DNA from: a virus
Strand: one strand, 5' to 3'
IMG/VR virus record: IMGVR_UViG_3300029114_000023
Coordinates: 1-37,028 of that record
DNA length: 37,028 nt
Shown here: positions 15,360 through 23,691 of the stretch, in pieces
Numbering within the stretch: position 1 is the first letter of the stretch
Layout of the letters: each line of letters opens with the position of its first letter
The notes under the pieces: generated by a model
What the model was told of the DNA's origin: nothing
What the model saw: only the letters and a program-made list of their open reading frames with translations
Database searches by the model: none
Position numbers and translations under genes: made by a program

Positions 15360-15974
15360 TCACCTGCCTAACAATTTGCTCACGTCTCCTCCGTGAATCA
15401 GCGCTTCTTCGATCAATCTTTCCTTTTCGCTCATCGGTGGAAGTTTTGGCTCTAATCCATAATACCTCTGCATCGCCCGGTAAAATTCCTGTTCGGTTTT
15501 GGATAAATTCTTATTCCCTGTGTCGATCGTCCGGTACTCCATCACCTTTTGCAACCTCGTACCGTTTCCGAGGTTTTCCAGCAGAATCATAAACTTCCAC
15601 CAGTGCATACTGGATTCCTGTAGATCGATTCCGTACTGCTGCATAAATCCCGCATAGATCAGATCTGCGTCTTCCTCAAAGTCAAACGGCTGCTTGTCAT
15701 TGATCCCTGCAATCTTCCTCGGAAATTTCTTTTTCTCCTTTTCCCTTCCGCACGAAAAGAACCAGAACATCCGATCGATATGCTCTTCCGTTACGGTCAT
15801 CCGCTTTACGTTGTAAAACAATCTCAGCATGAAAAGAAGATCATCCTCTGACAGTTCCGCTTTTCTTCCCTGTATTTCAAAGCAACGTAAAACAGTGTGG
15901 AAATCCGCATGTATCGGATATTCCACACCGCTCACTGTTACACTCTCCGGGAAAGAATCTGTTAAGATGCTCAT
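15360..15974 (-). CDS. Gp15-family tail assembly protein (204 aa)
   Basis: It is directly upstream of the tape measure. MSILTDSFPESVTVSGVEYPIHADFHTVLRCFEI resembles the bacteriophage Gp15 family of A118-like phages. Confidence 0.6.
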   Translation of the reverse strand: MSILTDSFPESVTVSGVEYPIHADFHTVLRCFEIQGRKAELSEDDLLFMLRLFYNVKRMTVTEEHIDRMFWFFSCGREKEKKKFPRKIAGINDKQPFDFEEDADLIYAGFMQQYGIDLQESSMHWWKFMILLENLGNGTRLQKVMEYRTIDTGNKNLSKTEQEFYRAMQRYYGLEPKLPPMSEKERLIEEALIHGGDVSKLLGR

Positions 15975-16321
15975 GATCTCAGAGCCGGAAACTTGCCGAC
16001 CTTCTTCAGTGAATCCATCACTCTTTCATAAACTTCATTTTGTCGAATCTGCTCCGTGACAAGCTGCCCATAAGCATCCAAGTGCATGAGCAGATCATTT
16101 CCTTCTCCACATACCGATTCCCCAGTACCTTCACCGAATACATTGTCAAACATACCCTTGATCCTGCTGCAGAGATACCTGTTTTTTTCTACCTCAGTAC
16201 CTGCCGGCATTTCTTTTTTGATTTCACCCATTTTCTTCAGTTCTTCAAAATATCGTTTTTTCACATCTGCCTTATCTTCATCGTATAAATGAAAATCCAG
16301 CTCTACTCCATGAATCTGCAT
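15971..16321 (-). CDS. Tail assembly chaperone candidate (116 aa)
   Basis: It lies between the major tail protein and the Gp15/tape measure genes. It has an ATGA overlap with the next gene. Confidence 0.55.
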   Translation of the reverse strand: MQIHGVELDFHLYDEDKADVKKRYFEELKKMGEIKKEMPAGTEVEKNRYLCSRIKGMFDNVFGEGTGESVCGEGNDLLMHLDAYGQLVTEQIRQNEVYERVMDSLKKVGKFPALRS

Positions 16322-16354
16322 CTCGCATATCTCCTTTCTCAGATCATCTCAAAA

Positions 16355-16909
16355 TTACGCCGCAGCGCCTTTTTCCGTGAATGTCTTTGTCGTTGTGTCG
16401 AACGATCCCTCTACCCAGTCAGATACAGCGAGAAGATTTCCAGAACCCTGAATCTCTCCGTCATTGTCTGAAAAGTCAGCAACTTCGATTGCCACTCTTC
16501 TACGCTTTGCTTCGAATGTATTCTGTTTATCAGCAACCGGTTTGTTCATATAGACTTTCACATACAGTGTTTCTGCTTCTGCTCCGGTTTTCTCATTCTC
16601 TCCGATATCTACAATAAAGGCGATTGCTTTTTCCGAACGGATCAAGTCAAATTCCAATGGTGCTGTCCATTCATAAGATCCTATGGACTGCGTTGCTGAC
16701 TTCTGATTCACGTATCTTTTAGAAGATGTCTTCGCCGCTGGAGAATTATCCAACTGCGTTACTCCAAAACCAAGCAGTTCATACTGCGGAGACCCAGTCC
16801 CCCCACTCACATCAATATAATCCGGCTGCTGATATCTCTGTTCTACTCCACCTTTTGTTCCTGCTGTAACAGCTGCTGCCATCACACGAGTCACTTCGCT
16901 ACTACCCAT
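16355..16909 (-). CDS. Major tail protein (184 aa)
   Basis: ATG 16909 lies 6 nt after GGAGG and just after the upstream stop at 16914. The longer 16355..17158 ORF overlaps the preceding gene. Position and size fit a siphovirus tail tube protein. Confidence 0.7.
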   Translation of the reverse strand: MGSSEVTRVMAAAVTAGTKGGVEQRYQQPDYIDVSGGTGSPQYELLGFGVTQLDNSPAAKTSSKRYVNQKSATQSIGSYEWTAPLEFDLIRSEKAIAFIVDIGENEKTGAEAETLYVKVYMNKPVADKQNTFEAKRRRVAIEVADFSDNDGEIQGSGNLLAVSDWVEGSFDTTTKTFTEKGAAA

Positions 16910-16913
16910 TGTT

Positions 16914-17345
16914 CTACCTCCGTTTAAAATAAATAAATTGACATTGTATCCTGTATTGGCAACTTGTTCCCTTATTATCGTATAGATAACCGTTTGTTGT
17001 TGCCCTGATTGATTTACTCTGTAACTGACCGGATAATACCGGAAGAATTCCCTCTCTTGTGCAGTCCTCCAGCCAGTCAGAGAATTTCTCATAAAACTTC
17101 GCAGTGTCCTCATTTTCTGCCGGTCCATACAGTTCTCTGGAGCACAGTGAAAATACATACTGCCTCACGGAATCTCCATTTGCATACCTCTTTACGATCG
17201 GGTCTGCCGGAGTTTCTTCAATGCTGTACATCGTTGGTTGATCTTCGAGTACATCCATATTCACTACTGGGAATGTTGCCTGCTCAAATTCTTTCAAAAA
17301 AGGGCAGGTTTCTATAAATTCCTTTACCTTTACCGCTACGCTCAT
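16914..17345 (-). CDS. Head-tail joining / tail completion protein (143 aa)
   Basis: Fourth gene after the capsid gene, overlapping its neighbours. The call rests on position. Confidence 0.55.
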   Translation of the reverse strand: MSVAVKVKEFIETCPFLKEFEQATFPVVNMDVLEDQPTMYSIEETPADPIVKRYANGDSVRQYVFSLCSRELYGPAENEDTAKFYEKFSDWLEDCTREGILPVLSGQLQSKSIRATTNGYLYDNKGTSCQYRIQCQFIYFKRR

Positions 17346-17674
17346 TTTGTCTTACCTCCACAAAAAGCAGCTACCGACCGGACAATTTCCTTGCCTCGGT
17401 CTGCCCACATCCGCTCTGTCCAGTGTGATCCACGCAACCCATCACCTTTATGTTCGTAATACTGTCTCCTCGCATAAGGAGTGTTGTAGGTAATGCTTGT
17501 TTTTGTTTCTACCGCCGTATTCTTTAACTTACCGGATCGTTTCGGAACGTATGGATCGGATAATCTGCGTACTTCATGGGTAAAGAACCTCTGTCCTTCC
17601 CCGTTCTTGTTCAGACTCCTTTTTAAAAGTATCCGATCCGTCGAATCGATCTGTAATCGAATCCTCGCCATCAT
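17342..17674 (-). CDS. Head-tail joining protein (HK97 gp10 / minor-capsid-2-like, 110 aa)
   Basis: FFTHEVRRLSDPYVPKRSGKLKNT...YNTPYARRQYY resembles the gp10-like connector family. Confidence 0.6.
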   Translation of the reverse strand: MMARIRLQIDSTDRILLKRSLNKNGEGQRFFTHEVRRLSDPYVPKRSGKLKNTAVETKTSITYNTPYARRQYYEHKGDGLRGSHWTERMWADRGKEIVRSVAAFCGGKTK

Positions 17675-18081
17675 GATCCTCCCCCTATCCGAATATGTTT
17701 AGATGCACCAAAAAAATTCTCGGAATGACTTAGCACTTTACCTACAATCCCCGAGAATTCTTTCTTTATCTCATCAATGCCGGAAACCTTAAAGTTTCCA
17801 CACCACCGCCCCACAATAAACAAATCCCCATTTTGAACCGTCCATCTGCCAAGCAGATCCGTCAACGCTGTAAACTCTTCCGGCGATATCCATCCAGAGC
17901 ATTCCTCATATGGAATCCTGACCTGATAAGAATCTGCGCTAGTCAAGCCTCCTGTCATCACCGAAGTTTTCTGATCCGTGTGAAACCAGACATCTGATAT
18001 ATAATGCGGAATATATACAAATTTTTTCGAGTCTTTATCTGAACGCCTGTTAAAAATCGTGATTTCTGCATTTGTTAACAT
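17671..18081 (-). CDS. Head closure / minor capsid-like connector protein (136 aa)
   Basis: ATG 18081 follows GGGGGTG and lies 3 nt from the upstream stop. The longer track ORF 17671..18198 overlaps the previous gene. Confidence 0.55.
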   Translation of the reverse strand: MLTNAEITIFNRRSDKDSKKFVYIPHYISDVWFHTDQKTSVMTGGLTSADSYQVRIPYEECSGWISPEEFTALTDLLGRWTVQNGDLFIVGRWCGNFKVSGIDEIKKEFSGIVGKVLSHSENFFGASKHIRIGGGS

Positions 18082-18083
18082 TA

Positions 18084-18452
18084 TCACACCCCCAAATACA
18101 GTAATCCTGTATGCATCAGGCAGCACTCGGCAATTCGGTACAGTTTCGTTCGGATCGTAGTTTCCTGATCCTGCCCTTCTGTAATTTCTGTTGCCCACGT
18201 AACCGAATAACCGTCTGTGTTTTCTGTTTTTTTGATTCCTTCCGCATATTGTTTCTCAACATTGTAAATTGCCTCTGCCATATCACAGAGACAATTTTTT
18301 ACAAGGTTTTCAAAGGGTGATTCTTTCCATCCATCTGTTGCAAACAGATTCATGTATGCTTCCGCTTTTCGGATCACACATGGGAATTCATTTTCCGGGA
18401 TCATACATCCTCCGTAATGATCCGTATAATAATTGTATACCACTTCCTGCAT
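18084..18452 (-). CDS. Head-tail adaptor (gp6-like) candidate (122 aa)
   Basis: First gene after the major capsid gene. RBS GGGAGGA. Confidence 0.55.
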   Translation of the reverse strand: MQEVVYNYYTDHYGGCMIPENEFPCVIRKAEAYMNLFATDGWKESPFENLVKNCLCDMAEAIYNVEKQYAEGIKKTENTDGYSVTWATEITEGQDQETTIRTKLYRIAECCLMHTGLLYLGV

Positions 18453-18467
18453 ACGATCCTCCCATTC

Positions 18468-19325
18468 TTATGCCGCCGCAGTATGTACATAGATTGCCAC
18501 TTTCTTATTATCTTTCGCTTCTGCGATACCCACGGTACGATACCCAAACTTCCAGGCATCCGCATCCTGATTCGCATCCGGCGTAATAATCTTAGATACC
18601 GTGTGTTTCTGATTCTGGATTACTGCATTCTTGTCAACAATCAGGAAATCAATTTTTTTACCACCTGTTGTTGTAAATCCTCCCGCTCCAGATGCCGTAA
18701 GAGTCACTTTGTCATAAAAACGCCCTTCTGGTACCTCGATAACACCTGCCCAACCATCAAGCACCTTCTTTGATGCTGTGGTGTCAAGATCCTCGATGTC
18801 CCCTTTAAGCTGCGCGGAAATGTACAAATAACAAGTTTCCGGCTTTGCTTCCTCATTTTTAATAACGGTTTTTCCTTTTCTAATCGCTGCAATTCCAGCT
18901 TTCGCGTCTGCAATCGCTTCCGCAACCTTATTTGCAGACGGTGCATATCCGGCATAAGAAGCTAATCTCCACGCATCCAGCTCTGGAACTACCTGTGTTC
19001 TCAAAAATTCTCCGGAAAGACGTCCGAAGGCAACACCTGCCGATTCGATATTGTCCATAGCGTCCACAGTAAACATACGCCCACGATCATAAGTGCACTT
19101 CTTAGTCTCGTACTCAAGTGTCACATCGCCTGCAACATATCCCGTCTGCTTATTATAATTTGCAAGACCGGACATCGTCATTTTAGGAATTAAAATTTCA
19201 TTCGCGTTTGCACCTTCTTTTACGAGCTCGTTCGGTCCGTCCAAAACGGCTGTAAGGGATGCCAGTTTGTAAACTTCATCAAGCATAGTAGAATATGCTT
19301 TTCTTAATGCGATTGTATTTGCCAT
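18468..19325 (-). CDS. Major capsid protein (285 aa)
   Basis: It follows the scaffold gene. MANTIALRKAYSTMLDEVYKLASLTAVLDG is a typical N-terminus for this capsid family in Firmicutes siphoviruses. Confidence 0.8.
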   Translation of the reverse strand: MANTIALRKAYSTMLDEVYKLASLTAVLDGPNELVKEGANANEILIPKMTMSGLANYNKQTGYVAGDVTLEYETKKCTYDRGRMFTVDAMDNIESAGVAFGRLSGEFLRTQVVPELDAWRLASYAGYAPSANKVAEAIADAKAGIAAIRKGKTVIKNEEAKPETCYLYISAQLKGDIEDLDTTASKKVLDGWAGVIEVPEGRFYDKVTLTASGAGGFTTTGGKKIDFLIVDKNAVIQNQKHTVSKIITPDANQDADAWKFGYRTVGIAEAKDNKKVAIYVHTAAA

Positions 19326-19350
19326 ATCTTTACCTCTTTCTTTCTAAAAA

Positions 19351-19902
19351 TTATTTCTCTGCCGGAAGTCCCATAGCCGCCCTGATTGCTGACAGATTAT
19401 CTCCGCCTACATTGACGCCGCCCCCGGTTGCTCCCACTGCATTTTTAAACGGCTCATCAGAACCGAATAAATAAGCATCGGACTCCTTTACGGTTTCCAA
19501 TGCCTTCTTAATATCCTCGGACTGGTTTTTAGACGCTTTCAATGCATCTATATCAAGCATGGCCATGACTGCCTTTTCGTTTCTTCCTCCGGCTGTCTTG
19601 ATGGCTTCTTTGATGGTATCAGAGAAAATACGGTCTGCTTCTTTGGCAGCATACTCCGCATCCTTGTCCTTTAACTGCTGATTGAGCTTGTCAATTTCAC
19701 TCTGCATGGCTGCCGGATCTACATCCTTAAACTTTTCCAAAGATTCCGTTGCAGTCGCAAGCTGGTCTTTATAATTATCCCTCTCACTTACGGCTTTCGT
19801 TGTCTTTGCCTGTTCCACAGCAACATCCTTTCCATTCTCCGCCATGATTTTATCAATGGCATCCTGTTCCAATCCAAGTCCTTTTAAAAAATCTGCCTTC
19901 AT
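19351..19902 (-). CDS. Scaffolding protein (183 aa)
   Basis: Acidic, helical and coiled-coil rich. It lies immediately upstream of the capsid gene. RBS AAGGAGAG. Confidence 0.75.
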   Translation of the reverse strand: MKADFLKGLGLEQDAIDKIMAENGKDVAVEQAKTTKAVSERDNYKDQLATATESLEKFKDVDPAAMQSEIDKLNQQLKDKDAEYAAKEADRIFSDTIKEAIKTAGGRNEKAVMAMLDIDALKASKNQSEDIKKALETVKESDAYLFGSDEPFKNAVGATGGGVNVGGDNLSAIRAAMGLPAEK

Positions 19903-19956
19903 GTTACACTCTCCTTTCTTCCGTTCTTTTACGTCTGCCGGAAAAAGACAATAAAA

Positions 19957-19980
19957 TAAGACGCTTTACCCTGCGTCTTA
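19957..19980 (-). terminator. Intrinsic terminator between the DUF4406-like gene and the scaffold gene
   Basis: The - strand reads TAAGACGC agggtaaa GCGTCTTA, followed by TTTTATT. Confidence 0.6.
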
Positions 19981-19993
19981 ACGGGAGATAACC

Positions 19994-20010
19994 GGATCAC
20001 CTCCTTTCTA
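19994..20010 (-). promoter_or_regulatory. 17-nt perfect complement to the 16S rRNA 3' end (TAGAAAGGAGGTGATCC) with no start codon behind it
   Basis: The + strand reads GGATCACCTCCTTTCTA, the canonical Firmicutes 16S 3' terminus. On the - strand it begins with the TAG stop of 20008..20331. No ATG/GTG/TTG lies within 5-13 nt downstream of the GGAGG core. Confidence 0.5.
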
Positions 20011-20331
20011 TTTTTCATAAATCACATCCAGCCCATAAGCAACTGCTGCATCGTGCTCAATCCTGCATCCTCTTGTATTCTCCCAACCTTTACAGAAGTA
20101 TACCGCATGGCATAAGCTCATGCTTTCCAAAGACTTTGCCAGGAAACACAGTGGAATCTGAACCACGCCTCTTTCTTCCATACTTTCTTTGCTATACCAC
20201 TCATCAGTAAAAAGGGTGTTCACAATCTCGTACCCTTTCTCCCGCAATACTTGAATTGCTCTCTCTCGTGTCTCCTTGATTTCCTCTTCCGTTTTTCCAG
20301 CCATCGGCTGTGATAACATTGCTTTCATCAT
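20008..20331 (-). CDS. DUF4406-like (nucleoside 2-deoxyribosyltransferase-fold) protein, 107 aa
   Basis: LSQPMAGKTEEEI...LAKSLESMSLCHAVYFCKGWENTRGCRIEHDAAVAYG matches the pattern I associate with DUF4406. Confidence 0.6.
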   Translation of the reverse strand: MMKAMLSQPMAGKTEEEIKETRERAIQVLREKGYEIVNTLFTDEWYSKESMEERGVVQIPLCFLAKSLESMSLCHAVYFCKGWENTRGCRIEHDAAVAYGLDVIYEK

Positions 20332-20369
20332 AACCTTTCACCTTTCCTTTCTTAAAAATGGGTACAAAA

Positions 20370-20399
20370 ATACCACTCACTCCGAAGAATGAATGGTAT
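20370..20399 (-). terminator. Strong intrinsic terminator after the immunity-like gene
   Basis: The - strand has a 13-bp stem, ATACCATTCATTC ttcg GAGTGAGTGGTAT, with a UUCG tetraloop. TTTTGT follows. Confidence 0.7.
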
Positions 20400-20666
20400 C
20401 TATACGACTGCTTTCATAGCCTTGTCATATTCGATTTTTAATTTTCTTTTGAAATCTTCGATTTCTTCTGGCTTCATACCAGGTTCTCCCAAAGCACATA
20501 CATCTGGTGTCTCATCATTCAGTATTTCCGTAGCCCTTGGCTGCTCTTCATGCATTTCATCATAGTGCACTATCAACAAGCCTTCTAGCTCGCACGAAAA
20601 ATCATAGATGTCATCAGGTGTATTTTCCAAAAAATCTTTGATGTAATTCATAATTTTATTAAACAT
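20400..20666 (-). CDS. Small acidic protein (88 aa), candidate immunity protein for the MuF C-terminal module
   Basis: ATG 20666 follows GGAGGTGTGG and overlaps the MuF stop (ATGTTTAA). The protein is rich in D/E. No family is recognised with confidence. Confidence 0.55.
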   Translation of the reverse strand: MFNKIMNYIKDFLENTPDDIYDFSCELEGLLIVHYDEMHEEQPRATEILNDETPDVCALGEPGMKPEEIEDFKRKLKIEYDKAMKAVV

Positions 20667-22329
20667 TTTCCCACACCTCCTTAGGATTCTTACGCCTTAC
20701 AACGGACACTATATCGCCTGTTATTTTATTCTTAATCGCCACTAATTGAAGCTTCGCATCGAAGTAAACCAATTTATTTTCACCCTCAGTATATTTAGGT
20801 ATTCCATTAATAAATTTCATCAATACTTCTTCCGAAACCTCTGGCAGACCTGGCTGATTCAATCTTGGTAATCGGCTCAATGCGTGAACAGACAAATAGA
20901 TACCTTCTTTTTCAAATCTTACATACGCTTCTTTTGACTTCTGTTTAAACTCAGAAGACCATTCCTTTTTATCGATATCAGAATATGTATCGACTTTCTT
21001 TTTCAATGCACTAAATTTCTTAGGTTCATTATACTTCATCTGCCGGAAATCAGCAAGGCTGCCGACATCATCTCCAAGTATATTTCTGTATCGGTAATAC
21101 TGCTTTGAATCCCTATCCGCATTTCGAATCATATCTGTCGTATATTTACGATTCTGCTTTTTCGTATTTGTTGCTACTCTTCCACGCATATCATAATAAA
21201 TACGCTCTCTTTCTTCTGTCAGACCCATCTTCTTACAGAACCGGCTATACTCATTCAACTGCCCTTGATACTTGGCTCTTGCAATCATGATATCATCCGG
21301 ATCAGCTCCGCCCTTCTTCAAAAGGTCAACCTTTTCACGCTGCGCCCGCATACAAGTTTCCATCTGCCTCTGCCGTTGCTTTGCTTCGTAAAGAGTGTAT
21401 TCTTTACCGTTAAAGGTATTCGGCGTGTTTTCCTTGCGATTCTGCTCTTCCAGCCACTCGTCTGTCCAGTTCCGAACGGAAATACCCGGAACAAAAGGAT
21501 GGTACATGTGATAGCAGTTGGCGCCGAGCAATCCAGTTACACTTCCAAGTCCACACACCGTTGTAAGCTCTTCTTTACTGTAAACCCTCCCCTGCCACAC
21601 CGCATGGGTTGGTCGAGCTCCGGCGTGCCATTCCACCTCGAAATGCTCCGTTCCGAGCTTTTCAGCGTTCATTTCAGATATCTTGCCAGACAACTGCGAT
21701 ACCCCGGTCATGACTGCCCTGCGTGCTGCCACATCCACTCTGTTTGCCCTGCCGGATGCATAATCGATCTGCCGCAATCCACTGTTTGTCAAATGTGTTA
21801 CAGTTCTTCTTAAGACCGTATTGTAATCAAATGCACCAGATACAATATCCATGCAGGCGGCATCCAAATACTTCTGGTACACTTGCGCCAACGGAGTCAA
21901 TACCGGTTTCCCTGTTCCATAATCCAGATAAAAACCAAGAGACTTTGTGATATTTTGCAATTCAGCTCCACTCTGTCTGATTAATCCTTCTGTAATCTGC
22001 TGCAGCTCCTCATTCTCTTCGTAAGGAATAAATTCTGCATTAACCTGTTCGTATACTTCCTTATTCCGGACATATTCCCAATCAATGACTTTATCATACA
22101 ACTCGAACATCTCCGGATATGATTTACCCAACGCTTCTTTTAGCATATTTTCAATGTCTTCAGATGAATACCCCAGAATCTTTAGCCGGTTAATCTGCCA
22201 GTCCGCTGTGCTTGTGATTTCTCCAGTTTTTCTTATCCTGCGAACGATATCTTCCATGATCCGAATTTCCAGATCTGAAAAGTTTTTTTCAATCTGACCG
22301 GACAACTGTTTCTTGTAGTCTTCTCTCAA
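20659..22329 (-). CDS. MuF / SPP1 gp7-like head morphogenesis protein with extended C-terminal toxin-like module (556 aa)
   Basis: HFEVEWHAGARPTHAVWQGRVYS...GANCYHMYHPF is the Mu F signature. About 265 further residues follow, ending in ..GIYLSVHALSRLPRLN...IVSVVRRKN. TTG start at 22329. Confidence 0.8.
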   Translation of the reverse strand: MREDYKKQLSGQIEKNFSDLEIRIMEDIVRRIRKTGEITSTADWQINRLKILGYSSEDIENMLKEALGKSYPEMFELYDKVIDWEYVRNKEVYEQVNAEFIPYEENEELQQITEGLIRQSGAELQNITKSLGFYLDYGTGKPVLTPLAQVYQKYLDAACMDIVSGAFDYNTVLRRTVTHLTNSGLRQIDYASGRANRVDVAARRAVMTGVSQLSGKISEMNAEKLGTEHFEVEWHAGARPTHAVWQGRVYSKEELTTVCGLGSVTGLLGANCYHMYHPFVPGISVRNWTDEWLEEQNRKENTPNTFNGKEYTLYEAKQRQRQMETCMRAQREKVDLLKKGGADPDDIMIARAKYQGQLNEYSRFCKKMGLTEERERIYYDMRGRVATNTKKQNRKYTTDMIRNADRDSKQYYRYRNILGDDVGSLADFRQMKYNEPKKFSALKKKVDTYSDIDKKEWSSEFKQKSKEAYVRFEKEGIYLSVHALSRLPRLNQPGLPEVSEEVLMKFINGIPKYTEGENKLVYFDAKLQLVAIKNKITGDIVSVVRRKNPKEVWENV

Positions 22330-22338
22330 TCAGATCAC

Positions 22339-23691
22339 CTACTCCATAACTTGATTTTGTTCCGGAAGCATCTTCTTCGCCGTGGATTCGTCCTCATTAT
22401 ACCATTTCATCCGATATTCCAAATGCGACATCACGCCCATGCTCACGTCCTGTCTGTCCTGCTGCCGTTCTGCTTCCTCATCGGTCAGAATTGAATCGTT
22501 GAATTTGCAGGAAAACTCATACCCGGAATTCAGCATGCTGTTGTAAAAGGCAAGTCCTGCGGCAAAATCTTCCAGGCAATCATACAAATTGTTCTGAATT
22601 GCGGTTACCCGATTATACTTCCGGTTCTTTGATACTTTTATCTCTGTTGCTGTCTTAGCGATTTCCTGCACATCCGATAAATCTCCGTAAGCCAAGCCAA
22701 CAGAAAATTCAATTTCTCGCTTATACTCTTCAAGTCCACGCCTAAAGGCTTCGTCTCGCATTTCCGGAGAATACTCTTTCAGAAGCTCCTGGTCTTTCCC
22801 TGCTTCCAAATTCAAACCTCGGTAAAGCCTTTTATTAAGCCTTGCCATTCCAAATCTTCCGGTTGATTTATCCTGTTTTAATGCTTTGCCATCGACATGG
22901 ATGGCGCGTTCCCCAGATTCATACTCCCAGTCAAGCCTTGCCCCCTGGATGTCCGCCTTTTTAATTAGATCTGTTGCCGAATCGTATACAGAGACACCGC
23001 ATGCCGAACCGTCAACTTTATTTTTAATCGGATTCCGGTAATAACCAAAATCCATTCGATTCATTCCCGGATATGTAACAGGTCCCGGATTGATGTTCAA
23101 CCATTCTTCTACTGCTTCCAAACTACACGGAAGACCGATATCACTTGCTGTCTGAGAATGAAAACATTTATTCTCTATGGTCAAATTTCCGTTTATGAAA
23201 TAATGTCTTTCAAACCGCGTGAAGTAATTCGTATCTCCGACTTTCTTCACTGTCAGAAAAGCTATATCATTCGGTTTTCCATCATCTCCAAAGCTGATTG
23301 GAATGATCTTATCCGCAGATATAAATTCAGCAGTAGCTTCTCCGAGCGGTTTCAGGACAAATGATCCAAGTGCAAGACCTTCCTGTAGATTCTCATTCAG
23401 ACTTGAAATATTCTTCTGATAAATCTTGTCCAGCCGCTCATTGCTAAGGTTCGTTTCCATCTCTACCAAAACACAATCTGCAAATTCCCTACAAATACCC
23501 TCTTCTATGCCCAAAGACACAATACTGTCAGTGATCCAGTCTGCCTGTCCATTCAGCATCTGTTTCCACTGGTTTATGGCATTGATCATGTTGTCAGAAA
23601 GAGTAATATCCTTACCAACGATCTGTTTTAATGTCGTATATCCAAACATACGCATAAATCCTTTCCAAAATCTTTTTAATCCCTCAAACAT
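22339..23691 (-). CDS. Portal protein (SPP1 gp6-like, 450 aa)
   Basis: It lies immediately downstream of TerL, with an 8-nt overlap. ATG 23691 follows GAGGTGG. Size and position fit a portal. Confidence 0.8.
   Translation of the reverse strand: MFEGLKRFWKGFMRMFGYTTLKQIVGKDITLSDNMINAINQWKQMLNGQADWITDSIVSLGIEEGICREFADCVLVEMETNLSNERLDKIYQKNISSLNENLQEGLALGSFVLKPLGEATAEFISADKIIPISFGDDGKPNDIAFLTVKKVGDTNYFTRFERHYFINGNLTIENKCFHSQTASDIGLPCSLEAVEEWLNINPGPVTYPGMNRMDFGYYRNPIKNKVDGSACGVSVYDSATDLIKKADIQGARLDWEYESGERAIHVDGKALKQDKSTGRFGMARLNKRLYRGLNLEAGKDQELLKEYSPEMRDEAFRRGLEEYKREIEFSVGLAYGDLSDVQEIAKTATEIKVSKNRKYNRVTAIQNNLYDCLEDFAAGLAFYNSMLNSGYEFSCKFNDSILTDEEAERQQDRQDVSMGVMSHLEYRMKWYNEDESTAKKMLPEQNQVME

Noticed and set aside
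11809-15371. Multiple + strand ORFs (11809..12378, 12375..12881, 14109..14330, 14730..15371 and others) and minor - strand ORFs inside the tape measure gene
   Set aside because: These are antisense or off-frame shadows of a long Ala/Gly-rich gene. They have no SD sequences and low-complexity products, and they are fully contained within a confidently called 1184-aa CDS. The same reasoning applies to the + strand ORFs inside the terL, portal, MuF and helicase genes.
15960-16010. Expected -1 programmed frameshift (G/GT-type) between the two tail chaperone genes upstream of the tape measure
   Set aside because: The two ORFs are joined by a simple ATGA stop/start overlap, and no slippery heptamer is visible near the 3' end of 15971..16321. 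The second gene looks like an independent Gp15-family protein.
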